From the IMG/VR virus record IMGVR_UViG_3300010389_000019, positions 1 through 54,231 of that record: a stretch of DNA of 54,231 nt; one strand, 5' to 3'. A program made the translations under genes and the position numbers. Below are positions 17,401-24,934 of this stretch, in pieces (the first letter of the stretch is position 1; the number at the start of each line of letters is the position of its first letter). The notes under the pieces were generated by a model. It was given only the letters and a program-made list of their open reading frames with translations, ran no database searches and had not been told where the DNA came from. The DNA comes from a virus (Duplodnaviria > Caudoviricetes).

Positions 17401-19413
17401 ACGAGCACTCAGGACGCCTACAGTCGCTACTCCAGTGATGTTTAAATTTCTGCCAGTGACCTCATCATAAACAATGTCTCCTACGACATTAAGATTACCT
17501 CCAACATACAAGTCACTTTCAAAAGTTCCAATTCCTACAAATGTAGAAACACCAGCAACACGTAGTTGTGTAAGAGATCCAACTGATGTCAGTGAAGAGT
17601 TGACTACTGATGCACCAAGTGTTGTTCTGTCCAGTACTGTGTGAGTTCCTGCCTTAAACGCTCCACCCTCAGTGACTGCTAAACCAACAGATGACTCTAA
17701 TGAATTTGTAGAGTTGTTAAAGGTAAATGTTTTTACAATCCCTGTAGATCCAATACTAATACCTGCACCATCAAGAAGTGGATTTGTTCCTACAGTTGTT
17801 GCAATACCAACTCTGAAGTCTGCAAGTTCAATAGTTTTGGAACTGACAATAAACTCCTCACCATCAACACGAAGGTCGCCTTTGATTCTTACAAGTCCAG
17901 TATTGTCCCCAACAGCAGCGGGGTCAATAATAAACTCAGCAGGGCCTGTAATTGTATTTGTTGTAATGCCAATACCATCAGATCCACCAACTGTTAATGC
18001 CCCACCAACAGACGCATCATTGGTAACGGATATTGAGTCAGAAACTGTAAGATCAGTAGTAACTGTCATTGCGCCACTAACGGTGGCATCATTTGTAACT
18101 GAAATAGAATCTGAAACAGTGAGATCAGTGGTGACAGTTAATGCTCCACCGACAATCACATTATCGGGCATTCCGATAGTGAGTGTTTGGCTACCTGCCG
18201 AGGTAACAATTTCGTTTGTGGTTCCAGAAACAGTAAATGTTTGTGAATCAAGATCAACTGCACCTGTTCCACTATCTCCAGCAAAATCAAGGTCTTGTGC
18301 TGTGACTTGAGCATCAACATATGCCTTGATCGACTGTTGTGTTGCTAGCGCATCAGCACGATCTGATGTCAATCCATCTTCATCAAGAATTGCAGTGACA
18401 GCGACTCCAGCATTTGAAAGAGTCAGATTTGATACTGTCAGAGCACCACCAACAGACGCATCATTGGTAACAATTATGGAATCCCCAATGGTTACATCAT
18501 CAGGTAAACCAATTTGTGGTGTAGATCTTTCTCCAGTTCCTCCAGTAATCTCGATTTCATTGGCAGTTCCACTGATGCTTTCAACATAATCACCAAAGGT
18601 GTCTGTTCCGAGACCTACAGAGTCTGGTTGAATGGTTGCTGCAATTGATATATTGCTAGTTCCATCAAATGGTGTTGCTGTAGCAACAACATCTCCAGTT
18701 AATGCAATAGTTCTAGGTGTCTCTAGAGCAGTTGCGGTGTCCGCATTACCAGTAACATCACCAGTTAGATTTCCAGAAAAAGATGTTGCAGTAAGAGTTC
18801 CAGATACAACTCCGTCACGAGCACTCAGGACACCGACTGTTGCAACTCCACTGATGTTTAGATTTCTACCATTGACCTCATCATAGATGATGTCTCCTAC
18901 AACATTCAGATTTCCTGCAACGTATAAATCGCTTTCAAAAGTTCCAATTCCCGTAAAAGTTGATGCTCCAGAGACAACAAGATCTGTCGCACTTACTAAT
19001 CCAATTGTTGCTATTCCACTTACGACTAGAGTGTCTGCAATAACGTTAGCAGTGTTTGCAAGACCAGTAATCGTTACTTGACCAGTTGATTGGTCAACAG
19101 AAATGTTTGGACCTGCAGTAATACTGGTAACAATACCAGAAAGATTTACACCATCACCTTTTAATGATGATGCTGAGAGTATTCCAGAAACTGTTGCATT
19201 ACCAGAATACTCAATTGTTCCCCCCTCATAATTTTCTTGCCAGGGAGTTAAGAGAGCAACTGTGGTAGCAATACCAACACCACCAGTGTCTCTCTTGGCA
19301 AATAGATGCCCATCGTTAGTGTTAAGAGCTAACTCGCCTAGCTCGATATTATCTACTCCAGGTCTCTTTCCTGACACGGAGGACCTGAGAATCTTAACTT
19401 TTGGGTTTGCCAT
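11407..19413 (-). CDS. Very long repetitive tail fibre protein with C-terminal S74 chaperone (2668 aa)
   Basis: N-terminal GELALNT.DG.LF motif typical of T4-like fibre N-termini; Thr/Gly/Val-rich repeats; C-terminal TSDIRLKTNI...GVIA...VNYNGLIGLLIEVVKE. Confidence 0.9.
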   Translation of the reverse strand: MANPKVKILRSSVSGKRPGVDNIELGELALNTNDGHLFAKRDTGGVGIATTVALLTPWQENYEGGTIEYSGNATVSGILSASSLKGDGVNLSGIVTSITAGPNISVDQSTGQVTITGLANTANVIADTLVVSGIATIGLVSATDLVVSGASTFTGIGTFESDLYVAGNLNVVGDIIYDEVNGRNLNISGVATVGVLSARDGVVSGTLTATSFSGNLTGDVTGNADTATALETPRTIALTGDVVATATPFDGTSNISIAATIQPDSVGLGTDTFGDYVESISGTANEIEITGGTGERSTPQIGLPDDVTIGDSIIVTNDASVGGALTVSNLTLSNAGVAVTAILDEDGLTSDRADALATQQSIKAYVDAQVTAQDLDFAGDSGTGAVDLDSQTFTVSGTTNEIVTSAGSQTLTIGMPDNVIVGGALTVTTDLTVSDSISVTNDATVSGAMTVTTDLTVSDSISVTNDASVGGALTVGGSDGIGITTNTITGPAEFIIDPAAVGDNTGLVRIKGDLRVDGEEFIVSSKTIELADFRVGIATTVGTNPLLDGAGISIGSTGIVKTFTFNNSTNSLESSVGLAVTEGGAFKAGTHTVLDRTTLGASVVNSSLTSVGSLTQLRVAGVSTFVGIGTFESDLYVGGNLNVVGDIVYDEVTGRNLNITGVATVGVLSARDGVVSGTLTATSFVGPLTGNSDTATALETPRTIALTGDVVATPTPFDGTSNISIAATIQPDSVGLGTDTFGDYVESISGTANEIEITGGTGERSTPQIGLPDDVTIGDSLTVTNDASVGGALTVTGIGTFVSDLYVGGNLNVVGDIVYDEVTGRNLNITGVATVGVLSARDGVVSGTLTATNYVGDGSLMSGLVTSITAGANISIDQSTGNVTITGLANTAHIIADSLVVTGVSTLGIITGAESIGVTTAYVTNIEGASATFSGNVTIGGTLTYEDVTNIDAIGLITARSGVEIGHPSIAATLTAAGGAVFVGVVTAPTFNGSLDGNAGTATSLETARNFSITGDFVTAPAISFDGTDNVAFAATVTADSIILGTYTSGDYVQSITGTTNEITVSATSGEGSTPQIGLPDDVTIGDSLTVTNDVVVSGGATVTKNAKFDSNVTLGNESTDQIIINGTVASDFVPFDDNNRDLGADSYRWKVIYGNVLDLDKDVLVGGASTFTGIGTFSNDLYVGGNLNVAGDLVFDEFTGRNINVTGVATVGVLSARDGVVSGTLTATSFVGPLTGNADTATALETPRTIALTGDVVATATPFDGTSNISIAATIQPDSVGLGTDTFGDYIESISGTANEITVIGGTGERSTPQIGLPDDVTIGDSLTITNDASVGGAITVTGQTNVGVLSARDAVLTGVVTATTFVGDLTGDVTGNADTATTLATPRTIALTGDVVATPTFFDGSQNISIAATIQPDSVGLGTDTFGDYIESISGTANEIEVTGGTGERSTPQIGLPDDVTIGDSLTVTNDASVGGALTVTGIGTFVGDLNVGGDLNVVGDIVYDELNGTNINITGIATVGVLSARDGVVSGTLTATSFVGPLTGNADTATALETPRTIALTGDVVATPTFFDGTSNISIAATIQPDSVGLGTDTFGDYIESISGTANEIEVTGGTGERSTPQIGLPDDVTIGDSLTITNDASVGGAITVTGQTNVGVLSARDAVLTGVVTATGFVGNVTGDLTGNADTATALATPRTIALTGDVVATPTFFDGTQNISIAATIQPDSVGLGTDTFGDYVESISGTANEIEVTSGTGERSTPQIGLPDDVTIGDSLTITNDASVGGAITVTGQTNVGVLSARDAVLTGVVTATSFDGDLTGNVTGNADTATALATPRTIALTGDVVATPTFFDGTQNISIAATIQPDSVGLGTDTFGDYVESISGTANEIEVTSGTGERSTPQIGLPDDVTIGDSLTVTNDANVGGALTVGGSDGIGITTNTITGPAELIIDPAAVGDNTGLVRIKGDLRVDGEEFIVSSKTIELADQVVGIATTVATNGLLDGAGISIGATSIQKTFTFNNSSNSLESSIGLAVTSGGAFKTGTDTVLNNTTLGASVVNSSLTSVGTLVDLNVTGVTTASQFVGGGAQLTGIVTTIVAGSNISIDQGTGVVTITGLANTANVIADTINTGSLNVTGIGTVGVLSARDGVVSGTLTATSFVGPLTGNADTATALETPRTIALTGDVVATPTFFDGTSNISIAATIQPDSVGLGTDTFGDYVESISGTANEIEVTGGTGERSTPQIGLPDDVTIGDSLTITNDASVGGAITVTGQTNVGVLSARDAVLTGVVTATGFVGNLTGDVTGNADTATTLATPRTIALTGDVVATPTFFDGSQNISIAATIQPDSVGLGTDTFGDYVESISGTANEIEVTSGTGERSTPQIGLPADVTISDSLTITNDASVGGAITVTGQTNVGIFSATDAVLTGVITATGFVGPLTGNADTATALETARTIELTGDVVATATPFDGTSNISIAATIQPDSVGLGTDTFGDYVESISGTANEIEVTSGTGERSTPQIGLPDDVTIGDSLTITNDASVGGALTVTGQTSIGILSATDAVLTGVVTATDFNSTSDIRLKTNIQNIEDPISKVIQIDGVSFNWKKDNKPSMGVIADTIQRVMPELVTDGDPKTVNYNGLIGLLIEVVKEQQTQINDLNERLSKLE
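11700..18760 (-). repeat. Intragenic tandem/dispersed coding repeats, ~140 aa (~420 nt) unit, 11 copies
   Basis: NADTATALETPRTIALTGDVVAT...PQIGLPDDVTIGDSL occurs ten times nearly identically plus one diverged copy. Adjacent copies are 420 nt apart (e.g. 13844 vs 14264). Confidence 0.92.
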
Positions 19414-19489
19414 TGTATGGAACTGGTGGTATTTACCTAAATGCTGATATATATCAGACTTTTTCCTCTTATATAAGAAGAATCAATAA

Positions 19490-19496
19490 TATTTAG
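19490..19496 (-). promoter_or_regulatory. T4-like late promoter (CTAAATA) followed by a palindrome-rich leader
   Basis: TAAATA overlapping the upstream stop codon, 77 nt before the ATG at 19413. Confidence 0.6.
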
Positions 19497-20587
19497 GTGT
19501 AAATGCCAACGTCCAAAGCGCCGTCCTGAACTCCATCGGAGAGGTCCACAACGTAGAATGGTGTCTCGAAGGTATAATCTGTTCCGTTGAAGATGAGTAC
19601 ATCGTTTGTTGTTGCCGTTCCAACGACATCTGAGAGGTCTGTAAGAACAGTAACTGTAGAGATACCAGCAGAGGACTTGGATGTTGCGATGAACTGACCA
19701 GTAGATGCATTAAACTCAAGCACAGCACCATCATCGATGGCAGTTGTTGAGAGTCCAGCAACGTCTGCCAATGGACCAAGAGATGCAACACCACCAGCAT
19801 CTGCACCTTCCCATTTACCAGTACTAGAGTTGTATCTAAGGAACTTATTGTCTACCTTAGTGCTATCACGGTCAACATCGTCAAGGAACTCCAGTCTGAC
19901 CTCACCACCGCCACCTTGAGCAGCAGCAGATTGAATGGACTGGTAGACCATCTTACGAAGTTGTGCAATCTCACGCTTCATTGCACCAATCTCGTCATCC
20001 TTCTCGGTAAGTTTTTCCTCCTCGGGGATAAGTTTCTCTAGAATCTCAGCTGCTTTGCTGACAGACTCATCTACTACAACTTCTTCCTCTTCATTTTCTT
20101 TCTCACGTTCCTCTGCAACCTCAAGCATCTCCTCATGAGTCATGGACTCCTCTTCGCGCTCAGCAACTTCTTCCTCTATCCACTCCTCATATTTTGTCGT
20201 ATCCTCGCCAATAATCGGAGACACTGAAGTAATTTCCTCTACTTTAGGTTCTGAGAACAACCAATTCTCAAATGCCTTTGCCTCTTTGATTTCCTTTTCT
20301 TTTTTCTCTTTTGCTTGCTTTTTAATACTAGCAAACTCTGCAAACAAACTATCTACGTCTACACTTACTTCAGGTTCTTTAATTTTCTTTTTCTTTTCCT
20401 CTTTTTTACTTGTTTCCTTCTTTTTTTCCTCTTCTTTTTTCTTGGTCTGTTGTGATGCTTTATCTAACTCCGACAGAATGCCACTAAGGTCTCCAACAAG
20501 AGAGTCAAACTCATCTTGCTTCTTTTTTCTCTCATCTCCAATCAGAGAAAAGAACTCGCCTAAGTTTGGGATTTCATTACTTGGCAT
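19493..20587 (-). CDS. Hypothetical protein: charged coiled-coil N-terminus, fibre-like C-terminal repeats (364 aa)
   Basis: ORF track; K/E-rich region, then GGGGEVRLEFLDDVD and three L..L.DV......(G/D).VL.[FY]N motifs; overlaps the g16 stop by 11 nt. Confidence 0.8.
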   Translation of the reverse strand: MPSNEIPNLGEFFSLIGDERKKKQDEFDSLVGDLSGILSELDKASQQTKKKEEEKKKETSKKEEKKKKIKEPEVSVDVDSLFAEFASIKKQAKEKKEKEIKEAKAFENWLFSEPKVEEITSVSPIIGEDTTKYEEWIEEEVAEREEESMTHEEMLEVAEEREKENEEEEVVVDESVSKAAEILEKLIPEEEKLTEKDDEIGAMKREIAQLRKMVYQSIQSAAAQGGGGEVRLEFLDDVDRDSTKVDNKFLRYNSSTGKWEGADAGGVASLGPLADVAGLSTTAIDDGAVLEFNASTGQFIATSKSSAGISTVTVLTDLSDVVGTATTNDVLIFNGTDYTFETPFYVVDLSDGVQDGALDVGIYT

Positions 20588-21005
20588 CGTTTTGCTTAAA
20601 ACCCTGTTTGATTAACTTTTGGAGGTCCGCAGTGGAACCAACAAATAATGCGTTATTTACAGTTGTAGGACCCTTAACCTCTTCCTCCTTCTCTAAGTCT
20701 TTTACTTTTTTCTGGAGGTCCATAAGTTTGTCTGTTGCATCAGACACATTTTTAATCAACTGACCAGCAACCTCATATGCTCTAGGCATCTCACTGTCTT
20801 GTGCCAGTTCTAAAATATTATTTATTGCCTCTTGTCCCTTTTCAATAATGGAGTAGAGATTGCCTCTTGTGTAATCATAATCTTTTTTAATGTCATCTTT
20901 ATTTGATGTCAATTTTGTAATCTCTTGCTTCATATCTGCAGCAGCAAGAATCTCGCCCTCAACGTCGAAGGCATCATTTAAATCATCGTATTTACTAGAG
21001 GTCAT
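20577..21005 (-). CDS. g16: Terminase small subunit (T4 gp16-like)
   Basis: DYDYTRGNLYSIIEKGQEA, PRAYEVAGQLIK and NNALFVGSTADLQK; synteny after g15. Confidence 0.93.
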   Translation of the reverse strand: MTSSKYDDLNDAFDVEGEILAAADMKQEITKLTSNKDDIKKDYDYTRGNLYSIIEKGQEAINNILELAQDSEMPRAYEVAGQLIKNVSDATDKLMDLQKKVKDLEKEEEVKGPTTVNNALFVGSTADLQKLIKQGFKQNDAK

Positions 21006-22051
21006 CAGATTGGGTTAATATCAGTGTTTAGAGCGGGACTGAACTCTTTGAAGTCTTGGAAGAACGAAACTGTTTCGTTAAATCCAAAGTCATCTCCAAT
21101 ATCAATGAGTGCATCATCGGCAGCAGTAATTAGTTTGACCGCAGAACCTCGGACATGTTGGTCTGCAGTGCTACCGTCCTGACCACGCTTAACGGTCAGT
21201 TTATTGCCAGTGATTTTTTCAACATACATCTCCTCACTATTTACATAAATGTAAGTTTCAGCACTGATTGAAGATGCGTTATCAACGTTAATATATCTCT
21301 CATCTGCGGTAATGTCCTCAGCAAGAGTTGTTACTGCATCGTTATTGTAATCCTTGACTGCTCTTGGAGTTACAGTATATCTCATCTCACGTTTTGGTTT
21401 TTCCATTCCAGTCATAACGTCCACAGTAGCCTTCTTAATAATCTTGCTATCCTGGACAGGACCGAATAGATGAGTCTTGGCAGTAAATACCAAAGTATAA
21501 ACTAATGCAGTTCTTGTAGAGTAGTCTCCCTCATACTGGTCATCCATTGAGATGCTTTCCAGTTGAATGGGGATATCCTTCTTCTCATTAATCTCAGCAA
21601 TCATAGTGATTGTAAGATTATATGATGGTTGAAAGTATGGAAGAATTTGTTCAATAATTTGAAGTGCGTCCTCATTTGTCTTTGAGAGGATTGACAACTC
21701 AAATCTCATATTATATGGCACAGGCATATAAGTCTTCTTTTGTTGCTTAGAATTAGTAGAATTCTTGCTAATAAAAGACTTAGTTGCCGTTGTTTTACGA
21801 GATGGATCATATGACAAACCATTAAATTCAAATGACATTCTTGGCAATGTCATTTGAACTGGTTTATTTAAATCTGGAACTTGCTCAAGTCTTGCCAAGA
21901 ACTTTTGAGTGGGTCCATAAGCAAGTGGAACTTTCAGAGCACTGACAGTATTGTCATTTGCATCTGTCTTTTTAATGATAATGTTGTTGAACAGAGTTCC
22001 AAAACCAATTACGGTTTTTCGCAACAACTCGTGATAAAAATATTCAAACAT
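21005..22051 (-). CDS. g15: Tail sheath stabiliser / tail terminator (T4 gp15-like)
   Basis: YFYHELLRKTVIGFGTLFN, VPLAYGP.QKFLARL, LPRMSFE and LQIIEQILPYFQP. Confidence 0.93.
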   Translation of the reverse strand: MFEYFYHELLRKTVIGFGTLFNNIIIKKTDANDNTVSALKVPLAYGPTQKFLARLEQVPDLNKPVQMTLPRMSFEFNGLSYDPSRKTTATKSFISKNSTNSKQQKKTYMPVPYNMRFELSILSKTNEDALQIIEQILPYFQPSYNLTITMIAEINEKKDIPIQLESISMDDQYEGDYSTRTALVYTLVFTAKTHLFGPVQDSKIIKKATVDVMTGMEKPKREMRYTVTPRAVKDYNNDAVTTLAEDITADERYINVDNASSISAETYIYVNSEEMYVEKITGNKLTVKRGQDGSTADQHVRGSAVKLITAADDALIDIGDDFGFNETVSFFQDFKEFSPALNTDINPI

Positions 22052-22073
22052 ACTTGGACACCACTATATCTTT

Positions 22074-22081
22074 TATTTATG
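22074..22081 (-). promoter_or_regulatory. T4-like late promoter (CATAAATA)
   Basis: NATAAATA 23 nt upstream of g15. Confidence 0.65.
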
Positions 22082-23438
22082 GTTCTCCAAAAGGATTCCT
22101 TTGTGTAAAGTCTAGAATACCATCCGCTTCAGACTCAATAACAATGTTCTCAGCAAATGGATCGATAGGATTCATCTGGTCATCCTGTACACTTCTGTAC
22201 GAGTAGACTGCACCAGATTCTGATCCTGTAATTGCCTCACCTGGAGTAAAACTACCTGTGATGATACTGACTTCGAGAGTCTTATCAGTTCCATTCCATC
22301 TCTTGACTCTTGCTGTGTTACCAGACTGACTACCTGTAACAACCTCATTGTACTTGTAGTTACCTCTTCCAAGAGTTGTTGGAGCAGCAACTGTAACACC
22401 AGGAATCTCTGTATATCCAGCACCAGCGTTAGTGATGTAAATTGCAGAGATGTAATCATCAGTGAGTAAAGCATAACCTGTTGCGGTGGTTCCTCCTCCT
22501 GGTGCGCCAGAGAAGGCAATACCTGGAGCAGTTGTATATCCAGAACCGCCACTTGTAACTGTGACAACACCAATAGTACCAGTTGTTCCAATGCCAGTTG
22601 TTGCAATCGCTCCTGTACCAGTTGTACTGATAAACGATATACCTGGTGCCTGAAGATATCCACTTCCAGGATTGAGGATTGCTACCTCGCTAATACCATA
22701 TCCCGCATTCGAGAACGACAAGACACTTGCATTTGTTCCACCAGATGGTGCTGATGAAATCGCTACCGTTGGAGTTGATTCTGTGTAATTATATCCATCA
22801 TCAATCAGTGTGATAAACTGTAGACCACCATTAACGATGGTTGTCTCTGCTGATGCTGTGGATCCAATACCAACCAAATTGAGGACTTGAATATATCCTT
22901 CTCTTTCAATGTTGTCATCAATTTGTTCAACATCGGTATCAATAACTTCATCCTCATAACGGAAGAGTTCACATCTCAACTCATAAACATACGTCTTTTG
23001 GAGTTGATAAAAAGGTTGTTCATGCTCAACAAACTTAATTTCAAAAAGTCTATCTCCCAGTGGGAAGTAAATTAGATCTCCCTCTTTGGGGCGAGTAGCA
23101 AGTTGTACATTTGGAATACTCCTTGCTAAAGGTGTAATATAGTTTTCAAATCTCTCTCTGGATATAATGAGGGTTAAATCGTCAATTGGAGTAACTCCAA
23201 ATTTTGACAAAATAGTACCTTGACCCTCGTATCCATCATATGTGTTAACATATGCTTCAATGGGATATGCGTCCTTAAAATCTGATTGTATAACTTCCTT
23301 GATGATAGTATTGGTTGTCATATATCTTCTAGGAAGATAATAAACTTCAACCCCGTACATACGGAGTTGTTCATTGATCAAACTCTGGACTAAATTTTGC
23401 TCAGAGGATGTGCCCTGAGTGAAAAATGGATTAAGCAT
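22077..23438 (-). CDS. g14: Neck protein (T4 gp14-like) with internal repeat insertion
   Basis: LNPFF...EQNLVQSLINEQLRMYG, RPKEGDLIYFPL, FEIKFVEHEQPFYQL, and terminal DF...NPFG. Confidence 0.93.
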   Translation of the reverse strand: MLNPFFTQGTSSEQNLVQSLINEQLRMYGVEVYYLPRRYMTTNTIIKEVIQSDFKDAYPIEAYVNTYDGYEGQGTILSKFGVTPIDDLTLIISRERFENYITPLARSIPNVQLATRPKEGDLIYFPLGDRLFEIKFVEHEQPFYQLQKTYVYELRCELFRYEDEVIDTDVEQIDDNIEREGYIQVLNLVGIGSTASAETTIVNGGLQFITLIDDGYNYTESTPTVAISSAPSGGTNASVLSFSNAGYGISEVAILNPGSGYLQAPGISFISTTGTGAIATTGIGTTGTIGVVTVTSGGSGYTTAPGIAFSGAPGGGTTATGYALLTDDYISAIYITNAGAGYTEIPGVTVAAPTTLGRGNYKYNEVVTGSQSGNTARVKRWNGTDKTLEVSIITGSFTPGEAITGSESGAVYSYRSVQDDQMNPIDPFAENIVIESEADGILDFTQRNPFGEP

Positions 23439-23439
23439 A

Positions 23440-24279
23440 TCATCCTATCAGATCTAATGGGGGCATCTCATAATATGTCATGCTCTTCTGCATCAGGTCA
23501 TCGATTTCTCTTTGACCATCATCATAAATTTGTCTTCCATTTAACTCAACGCCACCTGGAAGTCTCACACCATTGAATTTAATCAAGTTTTGACCCCACT
23601 GTTTTTTGGCAAGAGCGGCAAGGTATTTTTTAAGGAATGAATCATTCCAAACTTGAGGTGCATCACTTGGGTCTAGGATTCTCCAACAGTCAATAACCAA
23701 ATACTCACCCACTTTGAGTTCTGTGAAGTCAATGTCAAGATAAAGACGATCTTGTCTTTTATTAAATCTAATTTGTTTATGAGTATTAAGCAAGAAATTC
23801 ATTGTTTCCAAGTAATCTCTTGTCATGGCATACGTTAAAAGATCTGTTGACCCCCAATAATAAACGTCATTCAAAAACATTTGATATTTAACGCTAAACA
23901 TATTATTTGACATGTTTACGTCATCAAATTGAAATATTTTATTTACCCCAATAATCGAAGATGGTACTTGAAGATAGTTACTATTGTCTTGGTATGAAAA
24001 AGTAACTGCCGTTCCAACAATTGTTGAAGTTGCAGTATCTGTTACCAATCCAGAGTTTCCTCCTTTCGGTGCTCTACCTCTATCGATATCATCCTGAGTT
24101 ACCTGATATTTTAGGTAAGTCTGAATAACACCGTCATAGTGTCTTTCTTGGAAATATTGTACTGCATCGTCAACGAGGTCTTCAAACTGCTCATCAGATA
24201 CGTTGATCTCTAAAACTGGCGCTCCCAGTTTTCTCTTAACGTAATCTATGAGTTCTCCTCTTGTACTTGGTTGCGCCAT
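23440..24279 (-). CDS. g13: Neck protein (T4 gp13-like)
   Basis: LGAPVLEINV, QWGQNLIKF.GV.LPGGV.LNG and terminal PPLDLIG. Confidence 0.93.
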   Translation of the reverse strand: MAQPSTRGELIDYVKRKLGAPVLEINVSDEQFEDLVDDAVQYFQERHYDGVIQTYLKYQVTQDDIDRGRAPKGGNSGLVTDTATSTIVGTAVTFSYQDNSNYLQVPSSIIGVNKIFQFDDVNMSNNMFSVKYQMFLNDVYYWGSTDLLTYAMTRDYLETMNFLLNTHKQIRFNKRQDRLYLDIDFTELKVGEYLVIDCWRILDPSDAPQVWNDSFLKKYLAALAKKQWGQNLIKFNGVRLPGGVELNGRQIYDDGQREIDDLMQKSMTYYEMPPLDLIG

Positions 24280-24302
24280 AACCAGTATTTGCTACTTTAA
24301 AG

Positions 24303-24310
24303 TATTTATG
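24303..24310 (-). promoter_or_regulatory. T4-like late promoter (CATAAATA)
   Basis: NATAAATA 24 nt upstream of g13. Confidence 0.65.
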
Positions 24311-24701
24311 GTGCAGACGATACCCCAGATTTAACAATAATATTTCCATCTACAATTGTCCACACTGTAGATCCAGAACTAACTAAAACATCATATACAT
24401 ACCTACCTTCCGATAATGATCTTGTTTGAGTGGATCCAAGAGATATTCTAAACTTTCCCCCTGCTGCACTTGTAAATCCAACATTAAAAGTTGCAGCAGC
24501 ATAAGATGATGATCCAATAGACACACTCTTTGCCATCTGTGAGGATCCTGTCCAAGTAGTACCAGCACCAGAAAAATCGAATGCTGTTCCCGCAGTTGTT
24601 CTGACTGTGAAATCATTAACAAAGTCTGCACCACTATTAATTGTTAAATTAATAGCTACTGGAGTTCCTGATGATGGATCAAATGTTAAAGAGTTTGCCA
24701 T
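24306..24701 (-). CDS. Small beta-rich virion structural protein (131 aa)
   Basis: NLTINSGADF...L..GRYVYDVLV...IVDG.IIV..GV pattern; located within the structural operon. Confidence 0.75.
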   Translation of the reverse strand: MANSLTFDPSSGTPVAINLTINSGADFVNDFTVRTTAGTAFDFSGAGTTWTGSSQMAKSVSIGSSSYAAATFNVGFTSAAGGKFRISLGSTQTRSLSEGRYVYDVLVSSGSTVWTIVDGNIIVKSGVSSAP

Positions 24702-24934
24702 TATTTTAAACCTTGTATAATTGTTTTAAGCAGATCTTTTATCTCACTTACATCATTTTTAAGAGTGTCAATCTCACTCTCCAGGTTACTCACCTTATCA
24801 TTTTCTTTTTCTTTTTGTCTTTTTAGACGCATGTAGTTTTCATACTCATATTTAGAGTTATTAACAATAGCATTACTCTCCTGATCTCTCAGGAGAGCAT
24901 GACTATCTTTGACCTTTACATAATCTCTCATCAT
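24701..24934 (-). CDS. Hypothetical coiled-coil protein (77 aa)
   Basis: ORF track; L.RD..SNAIVN motif then a coiled coil; translationally coupled on both sides. Confidence 0.8.
   Translation of the reverse strand: MMRDYVKVKDSHALLRDQESNAIVNNSKYEYENYMRLKRQKEKENDKVSNLESEIDTLKNDVSEIKDLLKTIIQGLK

Noticed and set aside
11700-18760. Repeat array as a CRISPR array or a diversity-generating retroelement template/variable pair
   Set aside because: The repeats are in-frame protein repeats without spacers, differences are mainly synonymous rather than adenine-specific, and no reverse transcriptase or cas gene is in the window.
11624-19447. Many plus-strand ORFs (60-212 aa) opposite the giant fibre gene, and similar ones opposite gp7, VrlC and gnd
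   Set aside because: Antisense shadows of Thr/Gly/Val-rich coding sequence. They repeat with the fibre periodicity and lack RBS or promoter support.
20280-20530. A-rich runs in the 364-aa gene as programmed frameshift or phase-variation sites
   Set aside because: The runs are explained by Lys/Glu codons, the frame stays open, and no useful alternative-frame product is evident.
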